Shown: positions 11,401 through 22,674 of the stretch, piece by piece
Layout: every line of letters begins with the position of its first letter
Position numbering within the stretch: position 1 is the stretch's first letter
Assembly (NCBI GenBank): GCA_964187785.1
Contig: OZ076409.1
Location: forward strand, 29,264,001 to 29,328,000
DNA from: Amphiscolops sp. MND2022
Lineage: Eukaryota
Reading direction: 5' to 3'
DNA length: 64,000 bases
Position numbers and translations under genes: made by a program
The notes under the pieces: model-generated
The model's database searches: none
What the model saw: the letters and a program-made list of their open reading frames with translations, nothing else
Told to the model about the DNA's origin: nothing

Positions 11401-13578
11401 CATTGGCAGCTATGCCGATGTCGTCCACATATTGGGCACATTGATCGGCTTTGATGACTTTATCGAGGTATTCTCGCATTAAGCTTGAAAAGGCTGATAA
11501 TGCTCTGCTAAGGCCTTGAGCTAGTCTCCTGTAAGCGAAAGTGCGGCTTGCAAAGTTGAACGCAAGCATCTCAATGGACCTTTGGTCCGCCATTGCAAGG
11601 CAATGGAACGCCTGTGAACAGTCAAGTTTACAGAATAATTTCTTGCCTGCCATATGCTGTGCGGCGTCCGCTAAGGTGCTAACTGGATGATTGTTATTTA
11701 TATAGTCATCTGAAATAAGGTTATTGATTTTCCTTAAATCGACTAAAAGTCTCAGTTTCCCATTCGGCTTTTTCTGTGCAAATATGGGACTAGCATATTT
11801 AGAGAATGGCAATGTAGTTATGATGCCATATTTGTGTAAAAGGGCCAGTTCGACGAGGATGTCCTCTTTTAAACTGACTGGAGTAGGTAGACTTTGAATA
11901 TATGCAGGCGAATCGTCCTTAGGAGTTAGTTTGACTGTGAATTCTTCATTCATTCCTATGTCAAATCTGTGTCTGGCGAATATGTCGTGATATTCGACTA
12001 GGAGCGATTAAATCTTTTTGATTTCGTGCTGGTGTAGCATCGAGTCTTTCCACTCAAAGTTGCTGAGGAATTTACGACGTGACTTCTCATCGTTTTGAGG
12101 GTTTAGTTGCTCGGCCTCTTGGAGGTTGCGTAGTTCTTGAAGAATCCGTCGCTGGATAGGAGTGTGGGAATCCTCGTCCCCTGGGTTTTTTGGTGTTGGA
12201 AACCGGTACTGTTCGTATTGATCGTTGTTTCGGTTGGCCTTGAGTACACTACTGACATAGTAGATCGCGTCTTCTTCATTTTCGTGGAGAAGATGCCAAG
12301 TGGACACCGGGTCTATTGGTTTAACGTGTTTCATCTGTTCCGGCGTTAGTACTGAGAAGTTTGCTATGAGTGGACCTCTTTTAAGCTTGTAAGGTTGGTC
12401 TGAGAAATTATTGATATGGACATTAACGGTTCCATTAGTCAATGTGATTATTGCGGCACAAAATGTGATATCGCCCTCCTCATGGAGGAGATCACTGGGT
12501 TGTAACACTTCTGTGACCGTGTTTTCATTGTAGATTTGTGATTTGATTTCTACTAGAGTACGGTCATTGGGTGGTATTGTGACATCGTCCGGGTTAAAAA
12601 TAGGTTCCAAGACGTTAGAGTATTTGTGGTCAGCCGTTTTGAGTTGCATGGAGAAATAGGGGAAATTAAAGATGCCTTGTCGCATGTCCAGGACTGTGTG
12701 ATTCCTTTTAAGGAATATTAGTCCTATGATGGGGCCAGTCTGTTTTTCCATTACTATGAATATTTCATGAAATTCAATATCTCCCACCTCGAACTTGAGT
12801 TCAACAGTGCTCTTTGGGTTTCCAATTGTCCATTTGCGACCATAATTTGAAATGTTGGAGCAGGACCTTCTTTGACAATGGGTTGAGGCGCCAATAGGCG
12901 TATTTTCCTGAGATCTGCTTCCGGAATTGCACTAGATAAGGCTCCAGTGTCTATGAGGCCGTCTATGGTTAGTTCTCCAAAGTCCATCGGGAAATATAGC
13001 ATCCGTTTTTTGTATTTGAGTCCGAGGTTCGTGGATAAGGGTATGTACGCGGGTTCTCCTTCTTTAGTTATTAGGACATGCAGGAAAACTGATTCGTCCA
13101 ATAGGCCTGGTTCGGACTGGTGTCCGTTTGCAATAGCTGGATCCTCTATCTCCTGCTTATTGATGATTTCAGAGTTAGGTTGCCACAATTCGATGAGTGT
13201 CCTTGTAAGCCTGTTATCGAGGACTTCGGGGTCATCCTCGTCGTCTGTTGGTGGGTAATCGTCACATTTGAATAGCAGTTCTCTTTGGTCATAGAGGGAA
13301 TTGTCCCAGTATGGATCAACTCCATTTTCAGGATCAATGTAGTGGGGGTTATAATCTTCGATTTGTTGAAGTGGTCTGAATTGTGTTTCAAAAGCTGTAG
13401 TGTAGTCTATGTCGTAGTATCTGTCTGGGCGGTCGTTATGGACCATTTTGTACGTTTTATTGTAAGCTTTCTCCATCTGTTGCTGCCAGACAACTGATGG
13501 TGTTCCGTTGATGTCACTCTGTGATTGCTTGTAGGCGATGTTAGCTGGGTCCGATATGACATATTGTCGTATCGACAT
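8401..13578 (-). pseudogene. pol: pol of element 1 (protease, dUTPase-like spacer, RT, RNase H, integrase, acidic tail), with several frameshifts and stops
   Basis: LIDTGA (protease); LRLLVDLRKIN and QYVDD (RT); MTDAS and TDNK (RNase H); HGTAH...CEIC, QID, TDKG, KLERTH (integrase); WIGPY (GPY/F). Tail ends NLRPNPNPNFTDEYRY*. Confidence 0.95.
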
Positions 13579-13582
13579 TTGG

Positions 13583-14747
13583 TCAGAAATTTGGAGTCGT
13601 GGCGAAATTAGTTTTTTGAATCAGGTTTTTTTGAATTGGATTGGCCTGATGTAGATGTTGTTGGTTTTTCGTCTTTAGTGCGGGTGTCTTCGTCTTGAGG
13701 GGGCTCCGTATCGTTGGAGTCCTTTCTATTCCGTTTTGAACGAAGGTGGGGCCCTGCACCACGCCAACATTTGTCTGCTGGGTGATTAGTTTTGTAGCAG
13801 GTGGGACATTTTGGATAAGTTGGGCGTTGGGGCTTCTTGCCATTTTTGGCCTCCAATTCCTTCTTCTTTTTCAGTTTTGGTCAATTTTTCCAGAAATGGT
13901 CTTCAACCTTGCAGTATGAGCATTGGTTATTTTGGTTGGTATCAATGCCAGTGGATAATAGGTTTTTCGTTTTGCCTGACGATGACGCCATTGTGGCTAT
14001 GGGTAGGTCGTCAGATTCTTCTAAGGCGTTTATTTCAAGCTCTCTTTCCAAATGTGCCACAATCTCCTCGTAGGTCCCGTTTTCCAGTCGGGCCATATTC
14101 ACGGAACTTTTGAGTTTTGGGGATAATTTAGCAAATAAGAGGCTATCGATCATGCTCTTTGCGTTTTCCCCGAAGGCTTTCTCGGCACCCTGGTTGAGTT
14201 TTTCGAGGAAGTCGGGTAGTTTCATTGTGTTGGGGTCGAAAATGAGTCTGTGCCATTTATGTTTGGCCGCGGCTCGAGACTCGGGTTTAACGTACTTGCG
14301 ACGAAAAATGGCGAGTACGTCTTCCAGTGTTTGAAGGTTTATAGAGTTTATATTTCGGAAAGTTTGCAGGGCTCCTTTTCGGAGCAATGAATGAAAATGG
14401 TTTATTTTCATTTGTTCCGTCATAGCTGGCTGCATCTTTATCATTGTATGAAATAAGTCTTCTAACAATTCAAATTTTTCTGTTTTGCCGTCAAGTGCCA
14501 TGGGGTTCGCAGTGACTGGTCTAATTGTCATCGTCTGTGGTTTGTTCTGGAGATTTACCAGGACATCGGCCAGTCCGTTGATGGAGTCTTGTGGCTGTTC
14601 GGCTGTAACGGGCTCCGCCACTGGTAGAGTTGTATCCAGAGTTGTATCATGCGCGGATTCTTGTCTCTGAAGATCTGGCTGAGAGTGAATTCGTCCTGTG
14701 AGGAATTCAGGAATCGGCTGTTGGAGTTCGTTAGCTCCTGTCACCAT
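13583..14747 (-). pseudogene. gag: Internal gag of element 1 with two CCHC zinc knuckles, frameshifted near 13881
   Basis: Capsid-like region KFELLEDLFHTMIKMQP...; knuckles CSYCKVEDHFWKN(C) and CPTCYKTNHPADKC. Confidence 0.9.
14735..14746 (-). promoter_or_regulatory. Primer-binding site of element 1 (tRNA-Leu-like, one mismatch)
   Basis: TGGTGACAGGAG directly after the LTR CA end; resembles the tRNA-Leu complement TGGTGTCAGGAG as recalled. tRNA identity tentative. Confidence 0.65.
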
Positions 14748-16457
14748 GTAAGGAGTGTTGTCCGTTTGATCCCTCAGATCACAAGCGGACCTTGAGTCCT
14801 TCTTTGTAAATTTCGTATTTGCGTTCTTCCATACATTCCCAATCCCGTCCTCATTTGTGGACGTACACGGCTCAAAGGCAAGTTTTCCACCATGTTTTGT
14901 ATTTCTGGGATAGTTCTCTCACTTATGGCAGAACTAATGGCCCTGCTAATCTGTGATTGCATTAGATCCATCATGGTTTCCATCTCACGTGACATCCTAG
15001 CATTCATTTCTCCAGACAACATGTTAATTGACTCTACTAGTCTGCTTTCTCTAACAGGCTCATTTCTACTATCAATGTCTCTGATCTCATTCTCTTGAGA
15101 TGAATTTTCTCTGTTAGGAAAGGATTGAAAGTCTTGCTGCCTTTCTGGGACATTAATTAGGCTATCTAGTTCTCTCTCTATTGAGTTTGAATTTCCTTCA
15201 CCTGGCATTACGTCCATGTTGCCGTAGTCGGACAACATATCTAATTCTCTCGATTTCCTGGCTTTTGCCTTTTGTCTCCTTGTGGAGGGCATTGAAAATG
15301 ATTATCCAGGAGTAAATACTTGAATTGTTTCTGTGGACAATATCAACTAGGTTTCACAGTGAATCTTGTACAATATGTATAAGAGTAACTGAACAGTAAC
15401 CGTATTATTAAAACAATTGTTCTTTCAGGGTCAGGCTGGGCGTATTTATACCCAAATTACCATGACACTCATAATTTTAACGGTCATGTTACTAAAAATA
15501 ACTTACAAGTTATAAATATAACACGTCACCGCTAAAAATAGCATCGTTACGTCACAAAGTTCACATAAAGGCGGGTAGATCAAAGTGCCTTATTAGGCCG
15601 TGTGACGAATAGTTAATGACACTCATATGTAGCATAATATATGCAAACACTTTTACATGTAGATAGAAATCATGTATAACACAACTGATGAGTAGCTGAA
15701 AAGGACCTATAGTTCCTTTTAACAGCGCAAAGCAACATTACATTTGAACATGTGCATGAAGGCCCTATACGGCTATTGCCCGTTAGGGTTTTCTGATTCA
15801 ATCCCAATCATAACACGGAAAGCAACACTACTTGTTAGCGATATACATGTTTGGTCATTGCATGGTGGGGTTACTTGTGTCTTTCCATCACTAATTAATT
15901 GAGACACCAATTTCATATAATAGGTATACAGCATTTGAATGCTTATTGCGTCAACCTGCCGTGATAGGCCTTATTTACTGTATAGCACCAAGACAATTAG
16001 TACAGTGAGTAGGGACAGCTATGTCACATAGCCGCTTTCGTCCTATTTCTAATTACTGAACATTATTCAAGTACAGCATCAAAGCACAGTAAGGCCGGCA
16101 AAATTAATTGGCCGTATTGGTCCATTCTAAATAGCACTAGCGCAGTTACGTAATAAGTAATAAGATGGTTGTTATAAACTGCACTCTGATTGGCCAATTG
16201 ACCATGGACGGCTTAGCTAGCTATACTGGACAGGCAAACATTTGAACACGTTTCCTTTCTGCCTGTCAGTATAGCTTGCTGTCAAATGTATTTTACATAA
16301 AGAATAATAAAACAATTCACCAATCAACATTACATATTCAAAATAATACTAAATGTTTGAAAGTTTTAGTTTTATAATGGGAGTGTCCCAGGTAAGGCAA
16401 TTGGCCTCGAATGGTCAATTGTATAGACGTTGCCATCGCAGGCGGCAGCCTGCGACA
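14747..16457 (-). repeat. 5' LTR of element 1 (1711 bp)
   Basis: Copy of 825-2551 with a 16-bp deletion between two CTCAA motifs, which frameshifts the LTR-encoded gag part (ORF 14774-15292). Confidence 0.97.
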
Positions 16458-17137
16458 GATACAAAAGAGTATCAAAAAGTTTGAGAAAAGTTTCAATGGG
16501 CAATTTGTTCAGAATACTAGGAGTACATAATCTCTCTATCAACAAACTAATGACATTCCAGTAAAAGTTTGGGCAACTTGAAAAAGGTCTAAATTAAAAT
16601 GAAATTTAAAATCGAAATCAAAAGGTTCCCAAAAGGTTCCCATTCTCAAAATCCGATACTCATAAATCACTGTGAAGAAACTACTGAGGCCATTTTCTGG
16701 TCCGTTTCGTTGAGTAAACGTCCTTTAAAAAGCAGTAGAAAGCGCATCAAGAAGGTTGGGTTAAATCGAGCTTTGCTTGGAGGTACTACGTGACTCATGC
16801 TGAAAATCCAAAAAGGCCACACCCTGATAGCAACTTCGAATTTGTATCAAAAAAAAAAATTGGAAAATTTTTTTGTAAGGTCTATCAAGAATTATGCGAG
16901 GTCCAGAAAGGGCCAGAGGATTTTTACTATTTTCAACGAAAATTTTCAAGGACTGCCTAAGACAGACTGGGCAAGAAGTGATCAGATCATTAAATTTTTC
17001 GAAAGATGAAATTACGTTTGGCGGCCTTTGGAACTTCGGATATATTACTCATCATGTTCAGTATTTGAGCGAAATCAACCATTTTACATACTCCATTATA
17101 CATACTTATAATCTGCAGTTACGAGTTGCCTCCCCAG

Positions 17138-17296
17138 AATTATTATTTTCCGCCCATATATCATATGGTACAGGAAAATATTTAAACAAGCGACGTTTTT
17201 TTCACAAAATTTGCCATGTTCCAAATTTATATCCAAGGTAAAAGGTTTCACCTATAGAATTCAACTGGCGTAAATTTAGTTTCACGCGATATGTAC
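17138..17296. repeat. Diverged interspersed repeat, second copy at about 38893-39014
   Basis: Collinear similarity by eye (ttttccgcccatat...atgg...ttttcacaaaattt...catagaa.tcaactg..taaattt). Confidence 0.55.
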
Positions 17297-18099
17297 AAAT
17301 TCAACCGGACGGATCGCGGATGAAACCCTCACTAGAATTCCCCGTTCCTCCATTACTGAAAGAACTCGACTGATTCGTTGGTGTTGGCACCAGTCATTAA
17401 CGGGCAAAAAAACCGATTTGGACCTTGCTGGTTGAAAAACAAGACTTAAACTCTTTGAAACTTAGATGAAATGTTTGAGAAACATTGATCATCACAACAT
17501 CGAAAAACCTCCAGTCTGGGTTTTCTTTACACCTATTAACCCTACTTGGCACACGTACGCAGGGGCCTAACACGAACACACCCGCTAAGTTTCAATGTCA
17601 TTCACTCACTATAACCATTTTACCCCTCACATGTGTGGTATTCAAGGTCATTTCAGCCAAAAAAGCAAACATTGCTATTTACCCTTATGAGCACTTTAAA
17701 AAGTAACTCTGTTGAACTTGATGACATTCACTTTGTGTAAACATGCTTTCGCGCCCACTTACCCAACATGCCAAAATCACCACATAGTTTGTTTACATAC
17801 CTAATAACTTCAATATTTAACCTAAATGTCTTTTTTTATACAACATATTTTGATGTATATTTACTGTAGAATTGTAAACCAGATTTATACCATAACTAGA
17901 TAGAGATTTTAACGACAGAAACGCTATAGTCAAGGTGGGTCTTTAGACCATTTCAAATTTCAATTCACTTCTTCACCCCTTTTCGACTTTTCGCCAGAGA
18001 CTTAGGGCGACTAAGTTTGTTACTCTCAACTTGTGGAGAGTTGGACGTGTTAGGAGACAAGGAAAAAGTGCAAATCGGGATCATTGGAACTTTCGAAGT

Positions 18100-18490
18100 C
18101 AAGATACGGTCTTGTTAATCTACGGAGCAAGTAGTCGTTGGTAACGATTCGCAGTACGGAATTCAGGGCGGCGTAAGGTTTGGTCAAGTGAAGGAATCAA
18201 GCAACCGTTACAGCTGTGTGAGTATTTACTACTCCAAGTGACTTGGGGATTTTGCGAAAATAACAACTCCAATGCTAAACGCGAAACGAGACAAAAAGCT
18301 TCCACTTGACACTAAGGTCATACGCAGCATAGAAACTATTAAACGGGTCGTATCGAAAGCGGCATTGTAGATGCCAGACAAGACGAAGCCCTTTGTGCTC
18401 AAAACAGATGCCTCGGGCAACGCAATTGCCGCGGTCCTAACCCAAAACAGTCAGCCAATAGCCTTCTGATCTCAAAAACTTTCGAATCAA
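18100..18490 (+). pseudogene. Short decayed Ty3/Gypsy RT-thumb/RNase H fragment
   Basis: Reads YYSK*LGDFAKITTPML...MPDKTKPFVLKTDASGNAIAAVLTQNSQPIAF. Confidence 0.8.
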
Positions 18491-19339
18491 GTGTTGAATT
18501 GGTCAGAGATCTAAAAAGAAGCATTGTTTGGAATGATTGTTGGATTGGCACAAATGATTGTTTGGAAAAAGTGCTTCAAAATGACACCGAAATAATCGAA
18601 AGTACCGAAATTTTCCACTTTTTGACACTTCAAATGATTCCTTTATTCGAAACTAGAGATGTTTGTCAGGTAGAAACTCCAAAAAAACCGAACAACAACC
18701 CCATTTGCAGCTCGCATTTAAAAAAGTAGTACCTCCATACAAAAACGATTGCTAGCATTGTCACAGACTTTTCAAAAAACCCAAGTGTTTGACGTTTTTA
18801 TGCAGCTTTGTTGTACACCCTCTTCGCAATTTCGTTGTATAGAATAGTTCATATACTCAACAAAGGCTAATCCCGGTATCCAGTATTCGTTTCGAAAGGT
18901 ATCAAAGCATTTTCTTTTCGAGGAATCTGCGTCAGTCGAAAGCCACTCAAAATTGAAAAACATAATTTCTGAGAACTTCGGGCCAGTTTTTGTTCAATTC
19001 AGGAACTGTGTTGGAGAATAAAACTTCCATTGACATTAAAATTGAAACAATGAGCTATTCAAAACTGTACTTGGGAAAAAATAAAACATGGTCCCCGAGT
19101 TTGAGAAATACGGAATCAAAAAATCCGAAATTTCACCTTTATTGATCAAATTTTGGACCTTTTCAGAGTGTTTTCATTGAACTAGAAAATACATTGGCTC
19201 AAATGCGAAGAACGTAGCTACCAGTACGTAAAAAATCTCGAAAAAAATGTACTTTTGCAAAAAAAAATTAATACAATAAAAAATTCTCGAAAAAGAAAAG
19301 GATCGTTTTTCTTTCAACTTTTTATTTTAAAAAAATTAT

Positions 19340-19450
19340 TTTCAATAGGCTCCAAACGAAATAACTATCTATGCAGTACGCTATTCAAGGGAAGTTTTGG
19401 TAGTTTTCTAGGTAGAAAAAAGAGCAGAAATACCCCCCCCAAAAATCCAA
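19340..19450. repeat. Diverged interspersed repeat, second copy at about 42055-42170
   Basis: Shared ataacta.ctatgcagtacgc...gttttctaggtagaa...aaaatcc. Confidence 0.55.
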
Positions 19451-20589
19451 CCATTTTTAATGTTTTCTTGCAACTTTCGTAAAATTACCGATATATTTCG
19501 TGGATTATAATGGTGTAATAATTCACTATCGACTGAATGCGGTATCCTGTGGGCATTTGGAAGAGATATGTGCAGTTTCTTGCTTGAAAATCGCATTAAA
19601 GTAACCCGAAAGAGTCAAACATATCAAGTAGTGCCTGTTTTTGAAATATTTAGTGAATTTTTGTGTATGTAAACATATGAAAATTTGGTAGGCCGGGTAC
19701 CGATATCCAAACAGTTCAACAACAAAACAAGTAGGTACTTAGCGAGTTCTTAAATTAGGTGTTTCCTTTAAAAAGGGATAATTTGAAATTAAAACTGTCA
19801 AAAGTATCTTTTCCAAATTTGTTTGCAATTTCATAGTGCATTGGTTACTTTTGAGCCTCAAAATAATGTCGGACTAGTAGAACAGTTTGGTGGGGGGTCT
19901 TCAAATGCTCTGCTGGTCAGTGGGCATCTTGCTTAGAATCGAATTTTCACGCGATTTAAAATGATAACTTCATTGTAAATTAAGCAACCAAAATTGGTCG
20001 GTGTCTGTCCTTCCGGGGCGCTTTGCCGCTGGTCAATTAGTGGCACGTCGCTCTGCCAAGCTCCTGCATTCAGGGAACTATGGGTAATGAAAGTTTCATC
20101 TCTTTTGATCCGAGATAATTTTGCAAACTTTTATATTCTACTAAATTCGACTCTGCACAGCATTTCCGCAGTAGCACACGCAAGAACACATGAATAGTCA
20201 AAACCGTCACGCTAAATGTATTTAATAAGGTTTCCGAAAGTTTCCTTATAGAGAAAGCCGATATGTTGTAATGCAGACGATGATTAAACTTTGATTCTTT
20301 TTACCTACAAAATTTAGAAGAAGTCCCTGTAATTTTTTTCGCCACTTCGTGTCCAATATCATGTAAGCAGAGTTCCAAATAGGGAAATTTTTGGTTGATC
20401 TCTCTTCCGATAACCGTATCCAGGTATTCGGGGCTATTTGTCATTCCAACAATAATATTCTTTGATCATGAGGAATTATCAGAAATAACATAATTTAAAC
20501 AACATGATTTTTCGTCTCAGTGATTTTTTCAACCGCATGAATATGTAACTCGTTGATTTCCAGTTGCGGTATTCCTGCGATCAGTTTTC

Positions 20590-21030
20590 CTGTTTTTACA
20601 TTTTTACTTGCTAAGTCAGTAACTGGAAATCTAAGATCTTGAAGTTTGTCTTGACATCTTGAATGTCTTGACAAGATCCTGGATTTTGTCTTGACACCTT
20701 GAATATCCGAATTATATAAATCCACATCAACAGAGAACCTCCACCTCAGAGTAAGGACATTGTTCAGTTTCTAGAAGCGTTGGTTGCAGAAGAACTACAC
20801 GTTCGACAAATATAATCTTGGAATCTATATGGGATTTCTTGGTAAGATCTTGAATTTCATATTGGATATTTTGACAAGATCTTGTCAAGATATCCAAGAT
20901 GAAATGCAAGATCTTGTCAAGATATCCAAGATGATCTCGGATTTCTTCGAAGATCTTCCCAGAACGTGAAAGATTTTGGCAAGATCTTGGCAAGATAGTC
21001 AAGATGTCGAACGATGTGATAGTATGTAAT
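20590..21030. repeat. Cluster of imperfect CAAGATCTTG / TCTTGACAAGA palindromic motifs in SULT intron 1, probably a non-autonomous DNA transposon remnant
   Basis: Many copies of caagat/atcttg, including the near-perfect palindrome ttgacaagatcttgtcaa at about 20871-20888. Confidence 0.55.
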
Positions 21031-22247
21031 GGAGGCCTTTTCACGATTCATTCCCTGACAGGCAATTCAAAGAGGACCTTATTTTCGATAATCCCTGAGT
21101 CCAAGTGGTTCCGGTTCTAGGATAAGTGGAGAGATATATGTCGCCATCTCGACCCTGGAAGTTGGTAGTTTTATAAACACTGTGCTGGGTATAAGAGCCA
21201 TGTATCAAAACCCCATCAACCATGAATTCATTTTGCACCAAAAGATCTGTCATTGCTGAGAAATGAAGAAGTTCAAACAATAAACTGCAATCTGGTTACC
21301 AAACACCAGCACCCTTACCTAAAGACTTTTAGACTTTTCTTTTGAAACAGAGTTTGAATTTTAATCGATTGATATTAGTAGATATTAATAGTTTTGTACA
21401 TAAGTTACACATCTTGGCTTTTGTATGTTCATAAAATTTAATCTCTGCTTCGAAAGAAAGTAAGTCGCACCTAGAAACGAATAACTTGACAGTAAGTAAT
21501 AATGCGTAATGAATTCGAATCACCTGCGGTTGCCTGGCAAACTGCTCAACTTCTCTATTCATTTGAAGTTCAAGTACAATTCTCATTCGAGTGTTCTAAG
21601 TTGTTGTTTCAAGACCCGGTCAATTGATAAACGAGCAAAGCAGGTCATTATATGGATGCCTAATGGATAGCTAATCTCTGCAAAACGGATCTGATAACAA
21701 ATTAACAGAGCACACTTATAAATTGGTTTCTAATGTATCCGAATGAACGTCACAAGCTTTCAGCAATGAGATTGAAAAGTCAACCAGCATTGTGACTAAA
21801 CAAAATTTTTCGAAACCAAAAAGTTGATTAACACCTGCAACCTGTAGATGAGTTACTTTGCGGGTCCTTGCAACCCAACACGCACCTAAAACCATTACAG
21901 AAGACAAAAAACGAGAATATACCACGGCCAAACAGCCCGATAAACCCTGATAACCCGAAAAAACCCGATACACGCACACAATGAGAGAAAATATGGGAAT
22001 CGTTTTTTACCCTCTATCAGATATCATGGATCTTCGTCATCAATCATGTGCCATGTGTATCATAATGTTGGGGGGAGAAGACACACACCCGTGGTCTGCA
22101 ACGGAAGTAGGGAACCCCATACCAGCCACTATCCCAGTAGACCAGTAACAAAAAGAAACAACCAACAAACTACTCATACCAGTCACTATCCCAGTCGACC
22201 GGTAAAATTTTTTAAAGCTGCAATGATAAAGAGGTTTAAAAAATAAG

Positions 22248-22665
22248 TTATATGTAATAAATTTTTTCGAACGCATCCCTGTCGCTCACAGTTCCTAGAC
22301 TACAGGCCACATTGTCGATCTGAAGAGCCATTGACATTGAAACCTGTTGCTTCAAAAAGCTGCCAGCTCGTTGATCGTCGTGCGAACGACAGAGCACTTT
22401 ACAGAGACGCGTGATGAAAATTTCAATGCTCTCGCCTAAAAAACCCTGAACTTTCAAGGCCACCGGTTGAAAAATGTATCCATTGTCTATTAATTCGCGA
22501 TACTTCTCAATTTTACGCGCTTCAGCCTGGGTGGCGGTGGTTCCCGGGTTGCATAAAGAGCCTTGATTCAAACGGCTGGGTGCAAATCATCCACAACCGT
22601 GACATCCCACACCAGCTATTTACCCATTTCCCAAGGAATCATGGTAACACCGATTTGCTGATCTG
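22248..22665 (-). mobile_element. 3' fragment of an RLE-type (CRE-like) non-LTR retrotransposon, restriction-like endonuclease domain
   Basis: GVTMIPWEMGK*LVWDVTVVD...QAEARKIEKYREL...YIFQPVALKVQG...FLKQQVSMSMALQIDNVACSLGT matches the PD-(D/E)xK RLE C-terminus. Confidence 0.75.
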
Positions 22666-22674
22666 GTGACACCA

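Larger units (their letters stand above)
825..16457 (-). mobile_element. Full-length Ty3/Gypsy LTR retrotransposon (element 1, 15.6 kb) inserted in SULT intron 2
   Basis: Paired TG...CA LTRs, 5-bp TSD GATAC (820-824 and 16458-16462), PBS, PPT, and gag followed by PR-RT-RH-INT domain order. Confidence 0.97.
401..21253 (-). pseudogene. Cytosolic sulfotransferase (SULT family), probably pseudogenised; coding exons 21253-21095, 20459-20305, 717-401; gene continues left of the window
   Basis: Exon 1 MTDLL...TYPRTGTTWTQ has the 5'-PSB loop. Exon 2 NIIVGMT...FPYLELC...SKFC lies between an AG acceptor and a GTAAAA donor. Exon 3 ...VPRYMKHHLP...VVRNPKDTAIS...GKVCYGSWWDW has the catalytic His and the 3'-PB motif, and ends at a GTGAGA donor. 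Splice phases fit (0, 2). The intron 1 donor is GG rather than GT, and exon 3 needs +1 nt near 670 to stay in frame. Confidence 0.8.

Noticed and set aside
16463-20300. Short ORFs (60-80 aa) in AT-rich intron sequence, likewise in 38643-39740 and 41630-42500
   Set aside because: No recognisable motifs or splice context; consistent with decayed repeats.
20310-20330. Second GG donor (ACA G|GGACTT), suggesting systematic non-canonical splicing
   Set aside because: A canonical GTAAAA donor at 20304 with a phase-matched acceptor at 718 explains the junction, and all SLC13 introns are GT-AG.
21843-21848. TGTAGA as the true 5' start of the element 2 LTR (inverse of TCTACA)
   Set aside because: The following sequence has no match upstream of the 3' LTR, and the flanks (CAACC vs CAGTT) do not form a TSD.
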